Part shown: in pieces, positions 1 through 8,708 of the stretch | How positions within the stretch are numbered: position 1 is the first letter of the stretch | Layout of the letters: the number at the start of each line of letters is the position of its first letter | NCBI GenBank assembly: GCA_038821645.1 | Contig: JAWBDT010000001.1 | Coordinates: forward strand, 64,001 to 128,000 | Direction: 5' to 3' | Origin: Ignisphaera sp. | GTDB taxonomy: Archaea > Thermoproteota > Thermoprotei_A > Sulfolobales > Ignisphaeraceae | DNA: 64,000 nt | Translations under genes and position numbers: made by a program | The notes under the pieces: generated by a model | Told to the model about the DNA's origin: nothing | Databases searched by the model: none | What the model saw: only the letters and a program-made list of their open reading frames with translations

Positions 1-986
1 GTAATGGCATCTGCTTTAGCTTCTGCTGCAAGTTTCATTACGAATGCAACGTCTATAGGTCTATAGCATCCCGTCTTTATCCATATCTTTTTGACCCCCA
101 TAGATCTTAATAGATCTATTCTCTCTAAGAAGTGTTGAGGATCTGGTTTACCTATCCTGCTATGTCTTTCAAAACTCTTCACTATACCTAACTTGAATGC
201 TTCTTGAACATTCTTATCTTCAGGATCAGGAATAACTATGTATCCTCTTTTCTTTAGCTCTATAGCTCTCTCAAGATCTCTTACTCTCACTTCGCCACCT
301 ATGGATTTAGCTCCCTGCCCAAACTTCTTCTCTATGATATTTACCTCTAGCTTTGATGCAGCATATATGTCTACACCCATTGTCTCATCTTCTATATTGT
401 TCTGGACAGCTATATCACCGTACTTTCCATCCCAAAACTCTCTATATGTTTTAACTCTGAACTCTAGATCCTTAGAATATATCACCTGATTGTTAGAGAA
501 TATAGCTTCCTTATCCATTCCACAAACATTTTCGCCTACAACAATAGCTGTACCAGATATAGCGGCACCTATAGCAAGTCCTTCCCAATTCTTTTTAGCT
601 ACATCAGTAGAGCCTAGAGCTGCAATGAACACAGGTAGCTTGAGATTTACGTTACCATAGCTGGTAGACACATCAGCTTTCTCGAAAATCATTTCCTCTG
701 GAATAGGCTCAATACCAAAGACTTCTGAGAGTCTTGGTATAAGCTGTAGATCAGACCAATCGAGTCCAAAGTCTTTATTGGCTGCAGCTGTACTTAATCC
801 AAATTCTTCTGGCTCAGGATATAGAACTTCTCTTCCTCTAATAGCTGATTTACCTACTTCACATAGTATAGGGCAATTATATACACATAGTGCACAAAGA
901 CCGCTCAAAGGAGTTATATCTGGAACTCTTGTTCTAGTGCCGGATAACACACTACTGTTTTCTGTTGGTAATTTCTTTTCCGGCAT
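1..986 (-). CDS. FMN-binding glutamate synthase family protein (runs off the window start, 3' end missing)
   Basis: Manual minus-strand translation from ATG at 986: MPEKKLPTENSSVLSGTRTRVPDITPLSGLCALCVYNCPILCEVGKSAIRGREVLYP...GSTDVAK...VGENVCGMD...KKFGQGAKSIGGEV...FERHSRIG...IKTGCYRP. These motifs match the archaeal stand-alone GltB FMN-domain family. Not in the ORF track because it has no stop in the window. Confidence 0.85.
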   Translation of the reverse strand, partial: MPEKKLPTENSSVLSGTRTRVPDITPLSGLCALCVYNCPILCEVGKSAIRGREVLYPEPEEFGLSTAAANKDFGLDWSDLQLIPRLSEVFGIEPIPEEMIFEKADVSTSYGNVNLKLPVFIAALGSTDVAKKNWEGLAIGAAISGTAIVVGENVCGMDKEAIFSNNQVIYSKDLEFRVKTYREFWDGKYGDIAVQNNIEDETMGVDIYAASKLEVNIIEKKFGQGAKSIGGEVRVRDLERAIELKKRGYIVIPDPEDKNVQEAFKLGIVKSFERHSRIGKPDPQHFLERIDLLRSMGVKKIWIKTGCYRPIDVAFVMKLAAEAKADAI

Positions 987-1309
987 ATTTTTCACATAAA
1001 CTTTGGCGTTAAGGTTACATTTAAAAATTTTTATGATCTTTAAACAAGAATATACATGTTATAAAATTAATAAATTGAACCAGTTACTTGTTGTTCAGTA
1101 GATAAGTTTCTGAAAGATATTGATAAGATATAACACTAATTCAAAACTACCTATTCTTCCTAGGTACTGAAGCTAGAACTAGACTACTGTACAGCTGTTG
1201 GGTATGGTATTAGTGATAATAATTACTGGATGTTTAATTCTAATTTTAACATTTATGTATATATAAATCCTATAAATCCAGGTTATAATAGTCCAATGTG
1301 GTGATTTGG

Positions 1310-1783
1310 ATGCCTAAGGTAGCTGTTATCATGGGTAGTAAGAGTGATTGGGAGTATATGAAGGAAGCTGTAGAGCTACTTAAACAGTTCGATATAGAGG
1401 TTGTGGTAAAGGTTCTTTCAGCACATAGAACACCTGAAGCTACATTTGATTTTGCTAAAAATGCTGCTGAAAATGGTGTAGAGGTTATAATCGCTGGTGC
1501 AGGTGGAGCAGCTCATTTGCCTGGAGTGGTTGCAGCTTTAACGCATCTACCTGTGATAGGAGTACCTATACCTTCAAAACATCTAAATGGACTAGATTCA
1601 CTCTTATCTATTGTTCAAATGCCTCCTGGTGTACCAGTAGCAACAGTTGGTATAGGTGGTGCAAAGAATGCAGCACTTCTTGCTCTACGTATACTTAGTC
1701 TAAAGTATCCCGAGATTGTAGCGAAACTTAAGAGATATGTAGAAGATATGAAGAAGGAGGTTCTGTCTATAAAGCTTGAATAG
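1310..1783 (+). CDS. purE: N5-carboxyaminoimidazole ribonucleotide mutase
   Basis: [44 protein letters not shown] motifs. ATG at 1310 is preceded by a GGTGA RBS. Confidence 0.97.
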   Translation: MPKVAVIMGSKSDWEYMKEAVELLKQFDIEVVVKVLSAHRTPEATFDFAKNAAENGVEVIIAGAGGAAHLPGVVAALTHLPVIGVPIPSKHLNGLDSLLSIVQMPPGVPVATVGIGGAKNAALLALRILSLKYPEIVAKLKRYVEDMKKEVLSIKLE

Positions 1784-1912
1784 ATCGTCTAGAATATAAA
1801 GCACTATGTGTCTAAAAATATTTAATCAACATCATTTTAATTCTATTAGTATATGTTACGGATACAATGTCACGTAGCTTCATGTTGTAGATAGTTCCTG
1901 GGACTGATCTCC

Positions 1913-3400
1913 ATGTCTAAAATCCTTAATAACTTAGGTGGGTTATTTCCTCCAAGATATGGCCCTGAATGGGGTAGTGGAGGTATATTTGGACTCAAGT
2001 ACTATAGGGAAACACTATACTTTACATTAGCTTTTGAGGCTGAAGCACACTTCATTAATGACGATGAAAAGGTCTATAGATATGAACTTGTAGGTCCAGG
2101 GCCTAGATCTGGAGGAGATACATATAATGCTGTTGATACTGTTGATGAATATATATATTTTGGTGGATGGGTTCACGCACCAGCTATCTATGTAGGTAGA
2201 AAGGATGGTATGGGCTCCTATATATCGTTTAAGAACAAGTGTAGTCATGTACACTCATATGATGTATATAACGCTAGAGTCGAACTTCTATGGAAAGAAT
2301 GTTTAAATCATGAAACAGATTGGGTTGGCGAAGTAAGTGAAATAGTGTATGATCCAGCGGGAGATAGACTTCTGCTTGCTAGAGGAGATGGTATGGTTAA
2401 TCTAGGTGTATATCAAATTGATAGAAAAGGAGGAAACTATAGAAAGCTATCTAGTGTACCTGCACAAAAAGGTTCATACTTCTATGACCATATATGTTTC
2501 GATATGTTTAAGGACTGGATTGATGGTGTTATAGGGATACAGTGTATTGATCTAGTTGAGGATAAGGTTAGGTATCTAGAGCTAAAAGATATAGCCAAGA
2601 GGAGTATAGATGGTGGTGAAGTTTCGTGGAGATTACCAGGTTCAGCTACATCAGCTTATGGAAGATTCTTTCTATTCATTCGTGGAGGATTATTGGTTGG
2701 AAATCCTGTAGATGAATCTATTGAGCCTATAGTGTTCTATAGACTTTTTGATTTCGGATTGTCTGGATATACCCCTAGAAGGTCTATGGCTAAGCCATTT
2801 GCTGGAGGAATACTTGTTGGATTCAATAGCTATTCAGAAGCAACTATAAAGTCTACCAACGAGTATGAAAAAATCCTTTCAAAAGCTACAAATACTATAG
2901 TAGCACCTTCTGTTCTGCTATTTATTGCACCACCGATAGCCAAAATAGTTGGTATCTTTGGTGCTAGAATAACGGGTTTCGAATCTGTAGGAGACAAACT
3001 TATTGTAGCTTATAATACTATGGCGAATACGTTTAGATACGATGCTCTACCAATAGATGCTGGATTCAGAGGGTTCACAATTCTAGACCAAGATATAGTC
3101 AATAGAAATCCTCCACTAAAATTTGTGATCAGAGGATTCCAAGTAGAGAACAGAACCTTTGGAGGAATACCTACAGCAGGTTATCGAGAACCTTCTATAG
3201 AGGTATTGAGTAATAAGGATAACAAGATCTATATATATGAGTATGATTTATCTCTACCACCGATTAGCGTAGCACAAGATGTATATACATTATCAAAAGG
3301 CAAAAATGTTCTAGATTTAAAGAGTTATAGAAACTCAATACTGTCGTTCAAACTAGAGAAAGAAGATAGGGAAGCATTGATCAAGATAAACCTCATGTAG
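1913..3400 (+). CDS. Conserved archaeal protein, DUF2139-like
   Basis: N-terminal PPRYGPEWGSGGIFGL...YFTLAFEAEAHF and SGGDTYNAV...FGGWVHAP, recalled as typical of this archaeal family. 495 aa. Confidence 0.75.
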   Translation: MSKILNNLGGLFPPRYGPEWGSGGIFGLKYYRETLYFTLAFEAEAHFINDDEKVYRYELVGPGPRSGGDTYNAVDTVDEYIYFGGWVHAPAIYVGRKDGMGSYISFKNKCSHVHSYDVYNARVELLWKECLNHETDWVGEVSEIVYDPAGDRLLLARGDGMVNLGVYQIDRKGGNYRKLSSVPAQKGSYFYDHICFDMFKDWIDGVIGIQCIDLVEDKVRYLELKDIAKRSIDGGEVSWRLPGSATSAYGRFFLFIRGGLLVGNPVDESIEPIVFYRLFDFGLSGYTPRRSMAKPFAGGILVGFNSYSEATIKSTNEYEKILSKATNTIVAPSVLLFIAPPIAKIVGIFGARITGFESVGDKLIVAYNTMANTFRYDALPIDAGFRGFTILDQDIVNRNPPLKFVIRGFQVENRTFGGIPTAGYREPSIEVLSNKDNKIYIYEYDLSLPPISVAQDVYTLSKGKNVLDLKSYRNSILSFKLEKEDREALIKINLM

Positions 3401-3532
3401 TAGGTTTCATATTGTATATCATAATGATAAACAAACAATAGAAATGAACATGAAGTTACATCCAACTTATAATCAATAAACTCTATATATTGATGCTTGT
3501 TGATGAGGTAAAGGTGTCCAAAATCAGTATAT

Positions 3533-4627
3533 TTATATTGTTACACTAGGCAAAACAGTAAAATCTCTTAGTATCCACACAAATCTTGCAATACCGTTAG
3601 ATGATCTGGTACCCCATTCAGTTCCTATCTCCCAACCTAATAGATAGTGACTAGATATGTTGAACGTTGAATACCTAGTTGTGATATTAACGAAGACTGT
3701 TGGATCGTAAGCAACATGACCACACTTGATGTTTATTTCCTTAGGTACAAATGCTATGTATTGCCAACCACCCCAAGAAACACTATCTTCTCTCCATACC
3801 TCGAAGACTACATCAACTCTTGAGCCGTTAACAACTATAGGCACAATTTCTTCACCAACTTTTCTTCCTGCTGGATTAAGATTCTGTCTATAGATCCAAA
3901 CCATTATCTCTACATCACCATTTCCAGGTGATGTACCAGGATTATTTGCTACACTAGGTCGAACTAACCATGCATCTGCAGCTATATTGAAGTTCATTGA
4001 AGGCTCTATATCTTCTATACATATGTGGAAGGATATAACGAAAGGAGTCATTTCACTAATCTTCATTGGAAACTTGACTCCAAAACCATTAGCGTATCGT
4101 CTTCCCCAAGGTTTTCTACCTATATATACTTCAGGATAACCATTTACCCATTCTACTGGCTGTATATCTGTCAAATTAAATTCAGCTTTAATAGTGCGTC
4201 TAATAAGGTCTATTAGTATTTGTTGTGTCCCTTTGTAGCTCTTTATATTCCACGGATTAATTTCAACAAAAACATCTACAATACCATCACCATTAATATC
4301 TAGTTCTGCTGAAGATCTAAGTGGATACGAAAGTTTAATTTCAGAAGGTGTTGTTATAGTTGTAAACTTGATCAAGGTATCTACCAAGGTTTTAGTTAAT
4401 GTCTCAGTATATGTAGTGTAAAGAGTAAATAGTTTTGTGATCTCTATTGTTTCTGTTACAGTTAGTATTGATTGAGCTACATGTTGTGTTTGTGTATAAT
4501 GATATGTAACTGTATTCGTTACCGTAACTGTTGTTGGTTTAGCCATATTCAAACCATAGAGATATCCCCCAATAAAACCTGCAATAACTATTACTACAAC
4601 AATTAATGATGTAAGTAATTGCTTCAT
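3533..4627 (-). CDS. Membrane-anchored GH12 endo-beta-glucanase with Thr-rich linker
   Basis: N-terminal TM helix, Thr-rich stalk, then EINPWN, GYPEVYIGRKPW, FNIAADAW, DVEIMVW (nucleophile) and WEIGTEW (acid/base), as in Thermotoga Cel12/Pyrococcus EglA. ATG at 4627 follows GGTG. Confidence 0.92.
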   Translation of the reverse strand: MKQLLTSLIVVVIVIAGFIGGYLYGLNMAKPTTVTVTNTVTYHYTQTQHVAQSILTVTETIEITKLFTLYTTYTETLTKTLVDTLIKFTTITTPSEIKLSYPLRSSAELDINGDGIVDVFVEINPWNIKSYKGTQQILIDLIRRTIKAEFNLTDIQPVEWVNGYPEVYIGRKPWGRRYANGFGVKFPMKISEMTPFVISFHICIEDIEPSMNFNIAADAWLVRPSVANNPGTSPGNGDVEIMVWIYRQNLNPAGRKVGEEIVPIVVNGSRVDVVFEVWREDSVSWGGWQYIAFVPKEINIKCGHVAYDPTVFVNITTRYSTFNISSHYLLGWEIGTEWGTRSSNGIARFVWILRDFTVLPSVTI

Positions 4628-4917
4628 AGCTATATACACCAAGATCAATGTAATGTAGTTAACTCTAAAAAGTTTTTGTTACACAATATATCATGGATTA
4701 CCTTAGTCGATAGAATTAATGATTACACTTAGTAAAAATGTAGATTTGATGTAGAGAGTTATTGTAATTCGAAAATGAGATTTAGTAACGAGATAGATAG
4801 TTAATTGAATAATGATATGAGTATTAGGTTCATATTGTAGGCTAGTTTTATGGTTACAGAACTATCTCTATATGCTTTATTAATTTTGTTAGAATAATTG
4901 ATATGGATTCAATAGAT

Positions 4918-7734
4918 CTAAATCAGTTTCGATCCTCCAGCTATATCTTCCCAACTAAGGTTTAAAGCTGTAAACAATTGTTCTAATGTCGATCTCATAG
5001 CTTCAATGTATTTCTGTACATCTATTTCTCCTATTCTAGCTAACTGAATGGGCTTTACACCTTCTTTAGATCTAACCTTTACATAGGTTATTATATCTCC
5101 AGGAGATATCTCGATACCGTATCTCTGGAGCATAAGAGCGGCTTTAACGTGTTGAGGTGTGGTTTTTGTGTACTCTGAGAGAGTTTTTGTCAAGCCTATG
5201 TGGAAAGCTACTTCATCTAGCGTCAAAAGTCTATTCTTTAGAAGCAGATAGTATTTCTCTAATGTGTTTCTAACGTTATCGATAACTTTTACAGCATCTT
5301 CAGGCTCGTTTATGATCGCTATCTGTTTTATTATGTCTGTGAATAGGTTTTTTATGAAGTCTGGAGTATTTCTTTTCTTACCCATCATACCCTTGATATC
5401 TATATCTCCCCCAGATTGTACACCCACGTAATTCTTTTTGAGAGCAAATGCAACAAATTTATATGTTTTATCTATCTCTAGTTCAAGACCATAAGTTTCT
5501 TCAACCCATTTCTTAAGTTCTTCAAGTTTTGATGGCTCAGGATTCCATATGAATAATGAATCAGTATCTCCATAGAGAACCTTTAGATCTAGTTCTTCAG
5601 CCTTACTAATTGTTGTAGATATAACCCTTCTACCTAAGGCAGTAACACTTTCAGCTACTGAAGGAGCATAGAGTGGAAATGTCTCAGCTCCAAAAACGCC
5701 ATAGGCAGCATTGATGTATACCTTCATAGCTCTTTGAACAACATCGTACCAGCTACGGTATAGTGGATCTAGGTTCTTATCTTTTGCTTTTTTCTTGTAT
5801 AACTTGACTCTAAAGTCTCTCAAAAGTCCTACAATTTCAGATGTTATGCCTATGTTATCCATACAGACCTTATGAACAACGTTACCTTTTTCATCAACTA
5901 TATCGTCAATCTTGTTGCAGGAGATTTTGTCAGGATCTATTGTTTCGTAGCTTAGATTCCATCTCTTTATAATTGATGGGTATAGTGATGCGAAATCCAG
6001 AACCACGACATTGAAAAATATTCCTTGTGGTGGATCGATAACAATAGCACCTGCATACTTCTTTCCCTTGATTATAGCTTCAGTAACTTTCCTTCCTTTG
6101 AGCATAGCTATATCTTCTTTACGCGGTATAAGAAATCCCTTGCGTCTATGCTCCCAATAAAATAGGTTCTTGATCCAAGTAGATACCGTTGTTCTACAAA
6201 CATCCTCTAGTCCAAGTTTGCTTATACGCATAATGAGTAGCATAAGTTTCCAGACAAGTTCATCTGAAAAAGTGGTTAGAGCTAATGTTATTTGAGCATC
6301 TCTGATGTTGTATCTGACAAGTGTTGATAGATCTACTTTACTTAACTCTTCATCAAGTTGAACCTTACCTACACCTAGAAGTGCTTGTGCAACTGAATCA
6401 AGATTAACTTCTCTATATCTACCTTCGAATGCATATACCTGTATAGCCTTATTGCTAAAGAACTTGTAGAGATCTAGGTGAAGAGCTGAAGATAGTTTAG
6501 CCACATATTCTATTTTACTACCTTTTAGTATCTTCTTCACCTTTATGTTTATGAATTCATTGGGGATATTCAACTTGATTGCTCTTATGTAGAGGTACCG
6601 TAGATCAAAGTTATCTCCATTGAATGTTAATACTATAGGATATTGAGAAAGTATTGCTAGTGTCTCGAGAATTATTGATACCTCGTTATCAAATATCTCT
6701 ATCTCTACATCGTCTTCTGGTAGAGGCTGCATCATCTTGAGATTTTCTCTATATAGTACCAAGACCTTTCTAAGTCCATCGTTTGATGCAAAAGCTATAG
6801 ACATTATCGGATACGAGGCTTGATCTGGTGAAGGTATTTTACCTTCAAATGGTGTATACACCTCTATATCTATGGCGATACGTTTAGCTGATACCCATTT
6901 AGTTTCAAAGAGCTTAGCCAAATTAATTGCTGTTTCAATACTTTCAGATCTACTTATCCCTAGACTATTAATTAAACTACTCTTTAGATGTTCTTTATCT
7001 ACTTCAATGATTTCCTCAATCGAGTTACCTTCCACCTTGTAGGGCATGCCAGGTATTAGGCTACGATCATAAATGTAGTTCACATGATACTTTATGTCTG
7101 CTTCCCATGCAGCTGGAACCTTAGATCTAAGCGATCTTACTGCAAGAGGATCTTTTGTTACAATTTTTGTGAATCGTTTAACTGTCTTATGTAGGAGATC
7201 AATTTTTTCAACAGTTTCTATAGAATCGAAAGATCTATGTCTAACAATTTCTGGGATCTTACTCACTTTATCAGGTGGAAGATCCGTTAAGAAGTAGGGC
7301 TTATGACCTGTTTTATCATACCAGTACAAGAGTATGTGCTGTAGAGGATCGTAGAATATTAGTATGGCTTTACCAACATCACCATCATAATCTACATTTA
7401 AAAGAAAAGCATAATCAATCCTATCTACATTATGTGGATAACTATAGAATTTCACTACCCTTACATTATCCAGATCCATGTTGGTTGGTACATATACCTT
7501 TAAGTCTGAGTGTATAAGCTTTTTACATGCACTCTCTTCACCATATGTGTCTATTGGTTGTTTAGATTGACTAAACTCATTTTTTACACTATTAATGTTA
7601 TCTACCTTAGACGTGGATGCTGTTTCAGCCTCTTTATCACTAATGTTAATTGATAGAGATTCTCTATTTTTTGGTTCTTGATCTCTAGATCTATTCTTAT
7701 TGATGAATTCTAACAAAGTTTTCTGTTTAGCCAC
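4918..7734 (-). CDS. polB1: Family B DNA polymerase, crenarchaeal PolB1 type
   Basis: Exonuclease motifs DIEV and FNGDNFD; polymerase motifs DFASLYPS, KVYINAAYG, YGDTDS, KKNY. N-terminal PIP-like QKTLLEF. No intein. Confidence 0.96.
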   Translation of the reverse strand: MAKQKTLLEFINKNRSRDQEPKNRESLSINISDKEAETASTSKVDNINSVKNEFSQSKQPIDTYGEESACKKLIHSDLKVYVPTNMDLDNVRVVKFYSYPHNVDRIDYAFLLNVDYDGDVGKAILIFYDPLQHILLYWYDKTGHKPYFLTDLPPDKVSKIPEIVRHRSFDSIETVEKIDLLHKTVKRFTKIVTKDPLAVRSLRSKVPAAWEADIKYHVNYIYDRSLIPGMPYKVEGNSIEEIIEVDKEHLKSSLINSLGISRSESIETAINLAKLFETKWVSAKRIAIDIEVYTPFEGKIPSPDQASYPIMSIAFASNDGLRKVLVLYRENLKMMQPLPEDDVEIEIFDNEVSIILETLAILSQYPIVLTFNGDNFDLRYLYIRAIKLNIPNEFINIKVKKILKGSKIEYVAKLSSALHLDLYKFFSNKAIQVYAFEGRYREVNLDSVAQALLGVGKVQLDEELSKVDLSTLVRYNIRDAQITLALTTFSDELVWKLMLLIMRISKLGLEDVCRTTVSTWIKNLFYWEHRRKGFLIPRKEDIAMLKGRKVTEAIIKGKKYAGAIVIDPPQGIFFNVVVLDFASLYPSIIKRWNLSYETIDPDKISCNKIDDIVDEKGNVVHKVCMDNIGITSEIVGLLRDFRVKLYKKKAKDKNLDPLYRSWYDVVQRAMKVYINAAYGVFGAETFPLYAPSVAESVTALGRRVISTTISKAEELDLKVLYGDTDSLFIWNPEPSKLEELKKWVEETYGLELEIDKTYKFVAFALKKNYVGVQSGGDIDIKGMMGKKRNTPDFIKNLFTDIIKQIAIINEPEDAVKVIDNVRNTLEKYYLLLKNRLLTLDEVAFHIGLTKTLSEYTKTTPQHVKAALMLQRYGIEISPGDIITYVKVRSKEGVKPIQLARIGEIDVQKYIEAMRSTLEQLFTALNLSWEDIAGGSKLI

Positions 7735-7828
7735 ATCTAAGCCCCTTAGCTATACTAGTATCAAATTATCTTACACTCTATCCTGTATAATAATAATGTA
7801 CAAATACGTTTATAAAGTCTGTGCATTG

Positions 7829-8575
7829 TTAGCGATATGGAAAAGCATTGTTCAATTCGTATTTCTTCTTCTTTTCTTCATACTCATCTCTACTCATAAT
7901 AGGTTTAGCAGGAATACCTGCTACAACAGTATATGGTTCTACACTTTTTGTAACAACAGATCCAGCAGCTATAACGGCTTCTCTACCAATCACTATTCCA
8001 GGGGTTACTACAGTATTTGCACCTATAACTACTCCATCCTCTACTACTGTTTCTATAATTCTTCTACTCGATGGATATCTATCGTTTGTAAAAACAACCC
8101 TTGGTGCTATAAACACATTGGATCCTATTCTAACCTTAGGCGGTATATATACATGACTTTGTATAATGGTGTTTGTTCCCACAATTACATCACCGTCAAT
8201 GACTGTACCTGTACCTATCTTGCATTTAGATCTGATTATTGTCTTTTCTCTAATGAGTACATTGTGTCCGAATATGACATCATCCTCTATAGATGTATCC
8301 TCGTATATCGTTGTACCACTACGAATAATAACATTATTACCTATGCTTACTCCGTTACTCATGGTGTCAATGATTTCATCAAGTAGACCAGTATAATTGT
8401 TTCTGATAATCTTAAACAGTTTATCTTGAGTTATATAGCCTATAATTACATTGTTATCTATAAACCCATTGGAGCCTATGTGTGTAGAACCATAGATCTT
8501 TACATTGTTTCCAAGAATGGTTCTGTTTCCTATAAATGTATTTCTACCTATAAATCTCGTGCTAATAATAATCAC
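7829..8575 (-). CDS. Hexapeptide-repeat (left-handed beta-helix) acyltransferase, sugar N-acetyltransferase-like
   Basis: Repeated [IV]GxxxxI hexapeptides, FTNDRYP, AGSVVTKSV...VAGIPAK. Confidence 0.88.
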   Translation of the reverse strand: MIIISTRFIGRNTFIGNRTILGNNVKIYGSTHIGSNGFIDNNVIIGYITQDKLFKIIRNNYTGLLDEIIDTMSNGVSIGNNVIIRSGTTIYEDTSIEDDVIFGHNVLIREKTIIRSKCKIGTGTVIDGDVIVGTNTIIQSHVYIPPKVRIGSNVFIAPRVVFTNDRYPSSRRIIETVVEDGVVIGANTVVTPGIVIGREAVIAAGSVVTKSVEPYTVVAGIPAKPIMSRDEYEEKKKKYELNNAFPYR

Positions 8576-8708
8576 CTATGAGGATTCTAATGTGATACAC
8601 ATGTTATACACAAGTATTTTATAAGTATTGTTTCACACATTATGGATTTAAAGCAATAAGCCTTATTAATCCTAAACATAGTAAGGCTAATCCTGAGGTA
8701 TGTAAGGT

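Noticed and set aside
238-999. Plus-strand ORFs 238-489 and 778-999
   Set aside because: Antisense shadows of the glutamate-synthase-family gene.
7700-8396. 228-aa, 102-aa and 76-aa plus-strand ORFs
   Set aside because: Antisense to the hexapeptide acyltransferase; biased composition and no motifs.
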